This document shows positions 25,904-38,880 of a DNA stretch of 64,000 bases, piece after piece (position 1 is the first letter of the stretch; each line of letters begins with the position of its first letter). The translations under genes were made by a program, and so were the position numbers. The stretch comes from Vermamoeba vermiformis. Lineage: Eukaryota. The stretch is from NCBI GenBank assembly GCA_045837725.1, contig JBEWZL010000193.1:1-64000 (forward strand), in the 5' to 3' direction. The notes under the pieces are model-generated. The model had not been told where the DNA came from. It ran no database searches and worked only from the letters and a program-made list of their open reading frames with translations.

Positions 25904-28900
25904 ATGAACAAATCACTGGTACGCAGTTTTGGTTCTTTTGGAAATTTTAAATTAAATTATTAATTAGCATCGAGAATAATAATAATTTAGGGGCGTCTTA
26001 TTAATTCATGATTTATCGTGTAGTAGTTAATTATATTTCATTTAGATTTTTACGTTGCGATCTCCCTACGACACTGTTGGACCGCTCGCTCGCGTCCAGA
26101 GCCTGAGCGTTGCCCTCAACGATAAAATCTATTATTTTGGCGGTTCTATTCCATGGGACGAAGTAACAACCGACGTGTCTTGTGGCACGATCAGAGTATT
26201 TGACACGACATCCGGCACTTGGGCTCAGATCGAGACAACGCCGCCCAGGCCAAAGTGCAAAAACACTAAATTACAGGGCGTGGCAGTAGGCACAGATATT
26301 TGGGTGTTGGAAGGAGATAACTGGCATGTTTTTGACACGATCCAGAGCAGATGGCGCGACACTTCAATTCAACTCGACCAGCACGCAGCCGAACATTACG
26401 CAATCGCAGTCGTAAAGGATAATATTGTATACTACGACAATGCACATGGCTTCGAAGATATGCACGTGGTCATTCTCGATACTAATGCCAAGATCTTACA
26501 CTCACATCCGGAAGAATATGGCAATCTCCCGTATGATCGCCGTGAACCACTTACGATAGCACTCACTGAGGAGATTATGTTCCTATACGCACCTTATGCA
26601 AGTTACGAGGACGAAAGAGCCAAGAAGAACGGTGAAATGTTCTTCTACGACATGAAGCAAGGCAAGTGGGCTCGTGCTGACACTTCCAAGAAACTGAAAC
26701 GAATGGAAGGATATGTGTCATATATTGGTCGGATCGAGCACCTACTCTTGTTCCTATCGAACTACAGATCCATTTGGACTTTGGACTTGCGAACCTTTGC
26801 TTGGAAAGAGCATGCGATCAACGAAGATGCCGCCACTAAAGGCCTCTTCATTCGTGTGCCAACCTTGCTGGGCGACAAGATCTACTGTTGTATGAGCAAC
26901 GGAAAGGTGTCCGTCATTGACATTACGGGCATTAAGACTGCACGAAGTCAACAGATCATGACCGGCATCATCGAACGGGCAAAAGTGCTGCTTGCCGCTA
27001 TCAAGGTAAATCAAGCATTATTAATAATATGGGCTTAATTAACACGTCATAGCACCCTAATACAGCCGTTGATGAGTTCAGCGCCGAGCCAATCCTCGTG
27101 GACACCAAGCTAGAAGCTGTCAAGTTGAACGATATTCAAAGCTACAAAGAAATCCCTGCAGACTTCAAGTCATTATTTCCGCTCATCGACCCCAAGACCA
27201 TCGTGTCCAACACTGTCCCCGAGCCATCAGACACAGTGCCCATGCACAAGAACTACCTTCATTACCTCACTCTCGCATGGTCAAATCACTTCTCAGTGGT
27301 GTTGTCACCAGACATTATTTTCTTCACGATCTTGTGCGAGATTGCAGATGAGATCTTGGGTGATCCAGACTCATATCGATACTTGTTCACTGACTCAGCT
27401 GAAAAGAAAGAAATTATGTCGCTGACTCACGGTGTTGAGCACATCGATGTTACTCAGCTAATACACGGTAAGCCATAGTTTTACTTAGTAACTGTAGTCA
27501 GTAGCAGCCTCTAAGAATACATTATAGGTATCGCGAAGAACGTGCCAATCGACTCGAGTATTTTCACTGCAAACTTCACCAGCAGCACAGCAGACTCACA
27601 ACTCGCCATGCAGTCGGCTTTCTGTGAAGCAATGTCCGTGTACTATTACTACGTTTCTGGACGCTGTGGCATTCCGCGCATCAAGGTCCTTGGCACAAAA
27701 GAAGACTGGCAAATGATTGAACAAAAAGTTCATCGCATGCGTACTGAAGTGTTCAGCCAAGACACCACCACGACCAAGAAGTTGAGCACGTATCTTTCAA
27801 AGATCGAGTCACAAGTGCGCAAGATCTACACGACAAGAGACCCATCGTTCTGGAAAGACATGTTCTACATTGATGACTGTCAGAGCGGTCACATGGCTGT
27901 GGTCACTGGGTGGATTGCGATGTTTTACGTCGAGCACGAGGCTGTTAGAAAGGATGGGCACACAACGTACTCGGGCAACGACTTTTACAACTACAAAGCT
28001 CACATCTCAACTGTCAAGTGGAAAAACATCGAAACAGAACGGCACTTTGAGCTCAAGTGTGGTCTTGTTTCGAGCAGAATTGTCAGTGGTACAAATGAGC
28101 TTGACACGAAGTATCCATGGCTTGAACCGTCATTCAGTCACGTGATCGTCGAGACTGACGGCTCAGGCAAGATGTCACCCGAACATTTCAAAACGTACAT
28201 TGAAACTTTAGACGGAGGAGACCGCTCTCTCATGACATCATTCTACGAACTGTTGAAAGACAATCCAGTGGAGTTCGTGAAAGGCGACAAAGAGCTGTCG
28301 TTCCGTTACCAGCTCGTTGGAGTGCAGATTGATGCGTGGAAAGAACAGTACTTGAAGACTGGACAAAGTCTACCAAGCATCGATTTCGTTACGAAAGGAA
28401 ATTGTGGCCAAGCATTAAGTTCTTATAGAGCTTACAAAGACCTGAACAAACCCGCTGCCGAATCACTAGCGAATAAGATCTGCGAGTACTTGGCACTCGA
28501 TCGATATGTCAAAAGTGTCAAATTATGCAATGGCAGAGAGGCACCAGTACCACTTGAAGAAGCAATAGTCAAGTCACTAATTGGCTACTCAGCACTCGAA
28601 GAGCTCAGTCTAGCTTGCGTCACCACACAGCTTTACGATTTGTTGGCACAGCTGTTGTTGCACCCTGAGTGCAGATTGAAGACGCTCAAGATTGGCGGTG
28701 ACGACGGCGAAGTATTTCACGGTCCAACACCCAATCTCGTCAACTTTGCAGAGGCATTATTGCAGACAAAAGCTCCGTTAGAAACGTTCTTCATGATTCC
28801 ATTCTCGGATGTTCGATTAGCCAACTCAATCAGCCATTTGTGCACCAAAGCTAATGGCCTGAAGAAGTTCAAGTTGGGTTCGAAGTACGCTGGGTCATCC

Positions 28901-29812
28901 TTCAATGTGCCCGGGGTGATTTTATTGCACGGAATTGTCACGTCGAAAACGATCGAAGAAATTACGTTCTTTGATATCGGACAACGAGAGGTGATTCAAG
29001 ACAATAAGAAGCACTACATTCATGCGCTAAATGACGAGTTGATGGAATTCATCGTTACCAGTTTGCAGCAAAACCCTTCGCTCAAGGTCATTAGCAACCT
29101 TCGCGCGTTATTCAAAGAAGAACAAATAGCACGAGTTCTGAGAATTCCAACACTACGAGAGATTGACACCTTTCGCACAAAAGACTTGTCGTTCTTAACC
29201 GTGACAAGACAGCTCGAAAAAATCAAAGTCATCTTGACCGATTGCACTGCAGAACATGCGGAGTACTTGCGAGAGTTTTTGGCCGATGAAAATTGCACGC
29301 TGAAAGAGCTGGATTTATCACATAGTGAGTTTAATGCGCACCCTGAAGCCATCACTATTATTGCACGTGGCCTCTTAAAGAACAAATCACTACGAGCGAT
29401 CAATTTGGGCAGTATCCGAACGCACCAAAAAGTCGATGAAGAATTGTGTGAATCGCTGACGCAGTGGATTGAACGCGAAGACTGTAGTTTGGTCCAAGCT
29501 AGCTTTTATGATCGAATTTTTGAACACGCTCATGTGCAAAGAATTCTTGTGGCACTGCGCGACAACAAAATCATGACCAGCTTCAAGGCGTCAATGAAGA
29601 TAGCTGCCTTTGGAGAGTGCCAGTGCCTCATGGACCTTCTTGCCAATAATACGACACTGACTAGTGTGGGCGCTTTTTCAACGCCTTGGTCGCGTCAGGC
29701 TTTGACCGTCACTGACGAACAATTGGAGGTCTTGAAAGCTGCAGTCAAGGCCAGAACTGACTTGAAGTGCACATTTGATTCGGATTTCATTAATAACCAA
29801 TACTACTACTAA
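25904..29812 (+). CDS. Kelch-repeat + DUF4419 + RNI-like LRR fusion protein
   Basis: Kelch-type KIYYFGG, VFDTTSGTW, TLDLRTFAW. DUF4419-type AWSNHFSVVLSPDIIF, CGIPRIKVLGTKEDW, FWKDMF, VTGWIAMF. LRRs LKELDLSHS, LLKNKSLRAINL, LANNTTLTSV. Short introns join ORFs 26055, 27098 and 27542. Confidence 0.75.
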
Positions 29813-29983
29813 ATGAACTCAATCACTCTTGTTAAAAAAGGTGAGTGTTATGTGGAGGTCACCTAAAAGGCTGAAATTTAACCCTCCGCAATTACGCGCA
29901 ATCGAGTTCTCTGACTTTTATGACTCGTTTATCAAGCTATAACTGACTAGGATGTCACGCATCAATAAAATAATTGTATACGA

Positions 29984-30181
29984 ATGCTTACTTTTGGTCA
30001 ACTCAACCGCACCTTTCCGCAAGAAATACAACGGGGAGCCATGTTAGTCGTTGTAGCTGAGACTATGTTGCCCGAAGCGTTCGAAATGGGGTCTGAAATT
30101 TCAGGCCTAGCAACGCTATTTGGATTCTTAGCGGCGTTGTTATTGAGAGCAGGTGAAGCCAGTACAAAAAGTGCTGATTAA
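29984..30181 (+). pseudogene. Orphan C-terminal fragment of a ZIP (ZupT/GufA-type) metal transporter
   Basis: GAMLVVVAETMLPEAFE..GLATLFGF matches the last two TM helices of ZIP proteins. There is no room for the N-terminal part, since the upstream gene ends at 29812. Confidence 0.6.
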
Positions 30182-30481
30182 GCATAGTTATTGTTAGATT
30201 AATTAAATATCATTATTACTTAGTAGTAGGAAATAATTTCTACTGACAAACAAAGAAGGTCAATAAAGTAAAGTTCGGCTGGATCTTTAGATCTGAGTCC
30301 AGGCACAGCGGATCAAGGCTTTGATAAGGCTGCCGCTGAATATGAGTGTAAAGGTTAGTTCTATATCCTAAAATCGGGAAAACAATACATTAGACCAATC
30401 AGTGAAGAGCGCAACGTTTAAAAGAAAAAAAAAGAAAAAAGGCGGCAATTTCAACTTGTTTACGCCCACAATTAACCACAA

Positions 30482-31088
30482 ATGAGTTATTTAATGGTCA
30501 AAGACACTTACACCATTGGTTCCGTGCCCGACGACAATGAACTACCAATTCTGCTTTCTGCAGAAATTTTCAAAGAATCATCATTCAGAGCCTGGAGCCT
30601 TCGCAAGCGAGTAAGCACCGTTGAATGTGTTCAACAATTGGGTACGTCCTTGCTATTCATACGGAATTCAAAGAAATTTTTAATGTATCTGTTGCAGATC
30701 GGAAGGAAATTGCGATTCAGAATGTGGAAGAGTTGCGCAAGGAGCATGCCAATGAATTAAGAGCTCTTCGCGAAAAATACGCTGAAGAAATGCGAGCCCA
30801 GGAAGAAAGACATTCTCAAAAATTGCGCGCTGCTGAAAGCTTTGTAAATGAGCTGCAAGAGTATGTTACTTATTCTTTAGTTTAATTGAGAAGCACCGCT
30901 CTAATGTCACTTTAACGTTTAGAAAGTTGGAAGAGTTCATAAAGATGCGAGAGGACAACATCAAGAAGGAAAACGCATGCTTTGGAAGCGCGTGGTCCTT
31001 AACTCCTGCGAGCACCAGAAAAGGCTCGAGATCCCGTCAGAGCTCCCCGACCAAAAAGTCAGTGTTTTCCTCAGATAACATTCACTGA
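30482..31088 (+). CDS. Small coiled-coil protein of unknown function
   Basis: Heptad-like VEELRKEHANELRALREKYAEEMRAQEERHSQKL with GT-AG introns. First-exon phase is uncertain. Confidence 0.45.
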
Positions 31089-31169
31089 AATACTCTCCTT
31101 GTAAAATATGTACGATTATTATGTAAAATAGTGTTAATGCGAACTCGGACTTAAGTCGTAATCCTCGTT

Positions 31170-32365
31170 TTATTCGCTGATAAATTTATCAATGGCTTCA
31201 TTAACGACATCAGGTTGCTCTAACATGACCATGTGACTCGACTTGGGCACAACAAGCAGATCTTGAGCCAAGATCGGTTTCAGCCAATCAGCCACAACGC
31301 GAGCGCCAGCCACTGAAGTAATACCGTCTGTTTCACCAGTGATCATTAACACTTTTAACGTATTAACGCTCGCGATTTCTTCGAACTGAGTTTTCAACGG
31401 CCATTGCATCTGTGACACGAGCGCTTTGATCATGTACATTGAGTTGTTGTCTGCTTGCTCCTTTTCACTCAAAATCAGGCTCATTGGCGTGTCATCGTGC
31501 CAGGACGCCTTCTTGAATGCATTGGATATTAAGGGACGCATCATCTATATTATAGTGGTTAGTACTTGTCGTTCAAAGTGACGTGGTGGCACGCGTAGAT
31601 CTGATCGGTACCTTTAAAACAAAAGTAGGAGTGTAAGCCAATAAGAACGATGAAGTTGGTTTCTCTAAGCCACGTGCACCAATTAATACGACTATAATAA
31701 GAATAGTTAGTCTTTGATGGATTTTTAAATTGACGGATGTGCCTACGAACCTTTTTTGACACTGCTAATTAATTCTAATCGTTTGAGCTCTAATAATGTA
31801 TGCATTGTAACAGCAGTGCCCATAGAATGGGCCACTATAATATTAGACTTGCCTACAACGCGAAAATTAGTCTGGATTCACAACGCTAAAGCACGAAATC
31901 GTTCCGGAACTCACTCTTATGACGGCTAAATAATATTAAGAAATCTTCGACTATTTTCTTATAATGATATTCAGCCCAAACTGTTTCAGGACTTTGACCG
32001 TGGCCCGGAAAATCAAATGCCACGATCTTGAATCGTTGCGAGAAGTGTTTGATTTGATTGTTCCATTGTGCCTAATAATAACATTATTTATTATTATCGT
32101 TGTATTGATTCACAAAAAGTCTTTGAAGGTCTTAAGATTGAATGCAATAAACAATTTCTCGACGGTTAAATTTGAATATTGAATTGGAAAATTCGATGTT
32201 AGGCGTAAAATCAACGTATTTAATAATAAATATTAATTATAATAATAATACCTTGCGTCCGCCAGCGCCGTGAATAAAAAATATTGTTTCCGAATAATCG
32301 CCATCTGGGACACTCGTGAATACCGACAGGAATCTGCCAGGTCTGACTTCTAATATCTGCGCCAT
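31170..32365 (-). CDS. Alpha/beta hydrolase, ABHD8-like
   Basis: LEVRPGR, IFFIHGAGG, GHSMG nucleophile, TGETDG and SSHMVMLEQPDVVN. Confidence 0.85.
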
Positions 32366-32551
32366 ATTAATATTGCTCGTAGAATTGTTGTTTGTGTTGT
32401 TGGGGATCGAGGGTCTTTGAAAGAAAGGTTGCGAAAAAATCAGTTTGTAACAAATGACAACCCGATCGTAACACAAAGGACCTTAATATCTTATTAACGG
32501 TTATATAGCAATACATTATAGTGCTTTTTCCAAGGAACTAAACAGAAAATA

Positions 32552-33911
32552 ATGGAGTCGACATCTGAATTCAAACCCCGCTGGAAAGTGGCGCAGGTGT
32601 TAAATGTTGGAAAAATTAATCCAGGTATTATATTAGATTATAAGAATAATATTTTCTCTTGATAGCATTTTGTGCGTTCTTAAGTATTTATCAACTTTTA
32701 TTTTAATAGCCGTAGATCCGCCAGAATTGCCACCAACACCCAAGGGAGCGATAAGATTTGTTTGTATATCTGATACCCACCAAAAGCACGATGAGATTGA
32801 TGTGCCTGACGGAGACGTTTTGATCCACGGTACACATCCAACTTTATTTCGATTGAATTCAAATTTTAAAAATTCATACGCAAATAATGGTTTATTACTA
32901 TATTGGTACCATTATAATATTTTTGGAATGAATTCATTTCCTGGACTGAAATGTCATTTTGACACTTTGACACGATTGAAGCAGACAACCTGCACTACTA
33001 TTTGCCAAATTAGGAATATGCTCCAACACGATTATCGTGTAATATAACAGAAATAATTTTTACTAATGTATTTAGCCGGTGATTGGACAACCAAAGGAGA
33101 TCTGAAAGCAGTTCAAAGTTTTGCCGATTTTATGCGAAGACAGCCTCATAAGCACAAGATTGTTATTGCAGGTACGTATAATAGGACCTGATTTAATATA
33201 GATCCTGTCATTGAGCTAAAATTAATATTTAAGGCAATCACGATGTTACATTCGATAATGACTATTACCCGAAGAATTGGAAGCGATTTCATAAGGCTGA
33301 ATATGATATTAAGGAAATTCAAGCGTGTTTCAATGGATTTACATATTTATTGGTGCGTATTTACGAAAAGAAACTAACTTTTCTTTGCCACATCTGGATC
33401 TGACAAAATTTTTAGGACTCTGAAATCATCATTGATGGGATCAAAATATATGGCAGTCCTTGGTCGCTTACATATCATGATTGGGCATTTATGCTTGATA
33501 AAGGCAGTGACGCTCTCAAACAAAAATGGGATCAGATCCCCAAAGACGTTGATATTTTGATCACGCATGGACCTCCAGCGCGTAAGTATTGAAATTATAA
33601 TATAGCTTTATAACAAATTAACGCTATTCTACAGAACACGGTGGATGGGTTGATCCAACGTTTGATGCGGGTTGTGAAGACCTGCTGCATGTCGTTCAAA
33701 AAATCAAGCCCGCTGTGCATGTATTCGGTCATATTCATCAAGCGTAAGTTATAGGTGCCGAGCTATAATATATCACTTAATAACACCTATATCTATCAGC
33801 TACGGAGTTACCAAGGACGAGCACACTACGTACATCAACGCGTGTAATTTGACCATCTCGTACAAAGTCCAAAACGAGCCAATTGTCTTCGATTTGATCA
33901 GAAATGAATAA
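32552..33911 (+). CDS. Calcineurin-like metallophosphoesterase, MPPED1/2-like
   Basis: RFVCISDTH, PDGDVLIHAGD, HKIVIAGNHD, IYGSPW, DILITHGPP and HVFGHIH. Confidence 0.92.
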
Positions 33912-34014
33912 TAAAGCGCTTTAATAACAAAATATAAGCATTTAACAGCAATGATACAAGTTTCACGATGACACCTGTCACAAAAGTCTTGCAAAATTAA
34001 ACTAGCTGCTAACA

Positions 34015-36823
34015 TTAATTTAAAAAAACAGTAAGTAGTGCAGCAAAGGCCCCAATGAAGTTGAACAGCCCGTGCAAGGATGAAGAGCTCGAGACTGGAT
34101 TCGTGTTGCCGCTGTTCGGTGGAGTTGGTGGTTTCCATTGAAAATTCGTGGCCGAGCACACATCTACAATACTCAAGCCAACAATTCGTTCAGGACCAAT
34201 GTTGCATCTGATAGCCGTCAAATTAGTCACCAACGAGTCAGTCGAAGTGCACGCTAGCACAGTGCCCGTTGATTGGCCCAACAAAAATCCACTCGTGCCA
34301 ACCAGTCTGTTGCCTTGTGCTACAGCGCCGTTAATATCGTCGTTGCACATGGACAGGTAAAATCCATCGGGCTGGCCAGACAAAAAAGCAGCCTTCTTTT
34401 GACCGGATCTGATGATCGTGTTGTTGCGTAACTCCACGCCTGAGACAATCAAGCCCATGCCGTTCAATTTGCCCGGAGAGTTGCCTAACACGCCTAACTG
34501 CGCTGTGTTATTCGGGTCCGTGAAGTACATGTAGTTGTTCAAGAAGTACAGCTCGTGCGAGATTCCAGCAAAGTAGCTCTCTTCCGTGAAGTCGCGCACA
34601 CCGGCAATGCAATCAGCGGTCTGACTGCCATTCCAATAGCGATTGCTTGGATTGGCATAGGGTCCTATTGCACAACACTATTAGAGACGGTCGTATTATA
34701 ATACATCATAGAGCGTACCACCGTTGTTAAGGTAGGTGTTGCCAACGACCGTGATATTCGTGACACGGCCAAGGTACAGCTCTGGCGCACCTTTCGTCCA
34801 GCCAATGAACGTGTTGTCTTTCACGAGCCAGTTAGACGAGATGAGACTCGTGCTGTACACGCTGTCCGTGGTTGGCACGATGGTCCATGGTCGGTCCACA
34901 ATTAGCGTGCCGTTCGCAAATGCACCAATCACACGACGCACTTGTCCCATGCCTGGACCACGAATAATTGTCACAGCTAAGTTCAAGTTTGGTTGGAACA
35001 GCATGTTTGAGAAATTTTTTGACGGATCTGTGATGGAAGTGGATGTGGCCAATGTCACGTTATTGATGGCGCCACGACCTAACAGTATAATTTACCCATT
35101 TAAGTAACATGATTTAAGTATGAAACAAGGTCTTACCTGGCTTGGGACCGCCAGATTCATGATTAATAGTTTCACCGTCATTGGTCAGAACGATGGAAGT
35201 GTACGCGTCGTAGTTCAAAGTCTCCATGTGATTGTTCATGAACACAAAGTTATTCATGAAATTAGCCTCCAGACCACGGAAGTTGTAGAGGAGTTGCGGG
35301 TACAACGTTTGCAAGCGTTGATCACGAATGAACTTGTTGTCTTCGAAGATAATGTTGTTGGTCAATCGCGCGTCCATAGAACTAGACTCGTAGAAAAAAC
35401 TGCTCCGGCGAAGAATAAATTCGTTGCTGCAACCGAATGCGTAGCCACCAAACACAAACCCCCCGTTGAAGGCTGTGTTGCTCGTCACGTTGACATCACT
35501 CACGAAGCCTTTGTTGCTGCCAAAGCCTGCGCCAGAGCTGTAGCCGAGATCTATATTCAAACGAAGATAGACTTGTCTTGAAGCACCATGCGTGTTGTGA
35601 AATCCAATGACGTTGTTTGACACGTGTCGAAGTGTCAGATCCACGATCGCGAATGAATCAATGCCAAAAGAGTAGAACTGATTGGTATTGTTAGGACAAC
35701 CAGCGCCATAGTAAATAATAGTCTTATCAGCTCCTTCGCCCATCAAGATGAAGTTGCTGGGCAGTTGAATGTCGCACGACAAAATGTTGTATTCTCCCGC
35801 CTTGAGCTTCAAAATTCCACCATATTTAAACGAGCGCAATGTATTAATGATACTAAATGCACTCTATTAATAAAATTAATAACAATTGCTCCAAGCTTAC
35901 CGAGGAGTGTCATCAAAAGAGGCATTAGTCATTGGAGAAAACTCAACGGTATTAGCGGTGAAGTTATCGAAGCAAACAGTCCATCCCACGCCAGTTCCGA
36001 GAATATCTTGGCCATTTCTGCCGGTTACAACTGGATCGATCAGCACCGGATAGCCGTAACCGTTGTCTACTTGGATGCGATACCTCTTGCCGTCAATTTG
36101 ACCTTCGAATACTAAATTCAGTATCTATATATCAAAGGCAGTTAGATAATTACCTTCAGGAGCATAGCAAGCCAATATGAATGAATCACTGGATGAGAGA
36201 TCCAATCGGGCAGTAGTTTGAGCGCTAAAACGCAGTGTTAGTCTGTAAAGACTATAAAAGCATAACCTACTTATTTTCATCGATAAAAGTAACAGTTGGA
36301 GTCAACCCGCTTTGAGGATAATAAAGATTCTTTCCGAAAATTCGGACCCGACCCCCTGCCAACACTTCAGACATGTCTGTCATCGTGCTAATCGGCAGAT
36401 TCGCGTAGATTGTATTGCTAGCTTGTCCATTCGATTTAACCTACGTTAAGAACACTTAATAAGGCTTAATTGCGGCGATTTTTTTCTTACGTAGATTTCA
36501 TAAACGTCCATCATCCAGTTATTAGGAATGTATGCAGTTACTACGTCGTCAATGTGACTAGTAATCGTCAGCATAGTATCCTGATTGCCATTGTTCCTGG
36601 ATCTGGCGTAAACTTGCAAGTCAACACCAAATCCAACGCCATGTAACCGAAAAATATCGCCTGAACATAAGCTGTTAGCTTTGATATTATTGTTCAAAAT
36701 AGTATATTTAACCGTACCAGGATATACTGAAGGCGAATACTGCGAGATGACAGGCTGAGCATTTACAGGTAGATCGAGCGTCCAAACAATTGAAAAAACG
36801 AGCGCGAATTTCAACCACAACAT
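34015..36823 (-). CDS. Secreted/GPI-anchored pectin-lyase-like right-handed beta-helix protein with N-terminal IPT/TIG-like domains
   Basis: Signal peptide, GDIFRLHGVGFG and GGRVRIFGKN (IPT-like), LKAGEY..IQLPSNFILMGEGADKT (pectate-lyase-3-type start), Asn-ladder repeats, GPGMGQVRRV..VDRPW..VP, and a hydrophobic C-terminal tail. Confidence 0.75.
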
Positions 36824-37070
36824 GTTCGTTACTATTGTTGTAATTGATTTGATAAAAAGATTATAAAATGCGCCGATTTTAATGTGTTCTGTACCGCACC
36901 CAATTTTCTTCCGTTATGGGAGTTCTCGAAGATAAGATATGCGCAGTTAATTCTATTCCGAGATTGATTGACTGATGATTTTCACTGAACGTGCTCGATA
37001 GTAGGGTTAATCAGAATTTAAATTGACGCTCACACATTTTTTGGCTTTGGATCCAAATCCGATCGGCTGT

Positions 37071-38463
37071 TCAAATAGTCTTCGGAGTTCCGATCAGCAT
37101 AATCGCCCTGGCAGGTGGAATGTCTCTTCTTTTTTGTTGAATAATTCTCCACTCGTAGGTCTCGTGGCCTTTCAAATTGCGGATCATGGCTTCAAGCTCA
37201 GCTGGAGAATACGTACGAAGGCAAGAAATCACTCCTATTGTGGTAAATTGATTAGACATAAATATAATAAGCAAAAGGATCACTTATATTGCTATATTCG
37301 GGTATTTTAGTGTACTACAAATTCATCTGGTACATCCGGCTTAAGATTGAAAAATGATCGCCTTACCATCAATCATAAATACAAGAGGCACTATTGGTAC
37401 TATATAGGTCCATAATATTCTATCAAAGCTGAATGGCCGAGTTAAAGGCATTAGAAACCAGGTTGCAAGCGGATTCATCAAAATGGACATTAAAATTGAG
37501 AACAACGAGCGTTCTTGCATTTCAAATATTCCTATGCCTCGCCTTTTATTCACTGCATCTATAATTGCAATACTTAGTAAATTTGATCTCGGATTTGTAA
37601 CGTTACTTTTTTAGGTTTTTCATATGTAGTGTTACTTTGCAATATAGACGCTGCGGCTTTCTCAGTCATATGATGAAAAGAACAAAACATTGTCGAGAAG
37701 CCTTGGCTCAATTCTTGAGGCACATCCGTCGCATCCACTGGCGCCTTAAAAATATAATGCTTAAAAACTGGCCTAATATAATAATATACCGCCTAATTAC
37801 GTTGTGGTATTTAACGGTCCCTCGAGACCTATCAGCAATTTCGTGTTGTACTTCAGCTGTTGGAGGAAACAGATCCGTCAAAGTGACTTTAACCTCGAAG
37901 TGCTCGTATGCCTTCATATCGCGTTGAATATTGATCAATGGTCCTCCACTGCCTGAACACAAGTCTACTATCTCATTGGTGCCTGCAGAATATTAATTAT
38001 TTAGTAACGATTAGATCTCGAACGTTGAAATTTTTAAAGGAGAAACAAATCGAATAATTATAGTTGATGGTTGTAACTACAACTAGCTATATATGAAATG
38101 GAATAAGGAGATAGATCTAACCCACTTTAGAAAATTGAGGAAATTTCAGTTGTAGAAGGCAAATTGGCAATTACAATGACAATACGCGAATATGGATGTT
38201 AATCATCTGCACTTACCCATCCTTTTCATTGCTTCTTTTAAGTGCGGCATGACCAAGAGATGAAAGCTCGAAACTAATCCGGAAGTCCACATCAGCGAAA
38301 GTATGTCTGTCGATAAGCGTTATTTATCTATTCGAATCCATATAAAGGGTGCGTACTTACCAGTCATATACATCCTAATGTTCTTTGGAAACCAAGGCAG
38401 ATCATGGAATTCTATCCAGTGAATCCGCTTTTTAGTCAGGATCGCGTAAAGAAATTCGAACAT
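37071..38463 (-). CDS. Class I SAM-dependent methyltransferase-like membrane-associated protein
   Basis: EFHDLPWFP, IVDLCSGSGGP (motif I), VTLTDLFP, PVDATDVP, SFHH, IGIFE and DGVISCLRTYS. Confidence 0.8.
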
Positions 38464-38544
38464 TGGGCCAAACGATCAATACTAAGTCCGTGGCAGTTAA
38501 CATCTTCAAAGGCATGCAATATGGTATTTAAATCTACGTGACTT

Positions 38545-38742
38545 AGCGATAAGGGGACACAAGGCTGGATGTGCCTTTTGGTCTCCTAACTTTGAAATTC
38601 CGACGGCAGTCAAGTGGAATTTGGCATCAGGTGCCGTTTTTTTTGGAGCTCAGTCCAGATCGCATTAATATCGTAGCCAAAAGATAAGCGAGAAGGGTAC
38701 CCAAAGTTGGATGTGCTCTTTGGTCTCCTAACTTTGAAATCC
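38545..38742. repeat. Pair of ~56-bp imperfect direct repeats, 142 bp apart
   Basis: agcgataaggggacacaaggctggatgtgccttttggtctcctaactttgaaattcc at 38545 vs agcgagaagggtacccaaagttggatgtgctctttggtctcctaactttgaaatcc at 38687. Confidence 0.8.
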
Positions 38743-38880
38743 TGCCAAAAATATTAAAACACATATCTAATAACATGATCATATACTACGTTATACATAC
38801 GAGCCAGTGGTAAAAGGTCAGTTTTGAGCGCCGGATGTCGAGTTAATTTTTCTTCAACCAATAATACTACTTTCAATATA

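Noticed and set aside
27542..29812. Integrated giant-virus segment
   Set aside because: No viral hallmark genes nearby, and the exon is spliced to eukaryotic-type Kelch exons; only single-domain transfer remains possible.
30279..30340. Two small adjacent hairpins as an H/ACA snoRNA
   Set aside because: Stems are short and no H box or ACA box is correctly placed.
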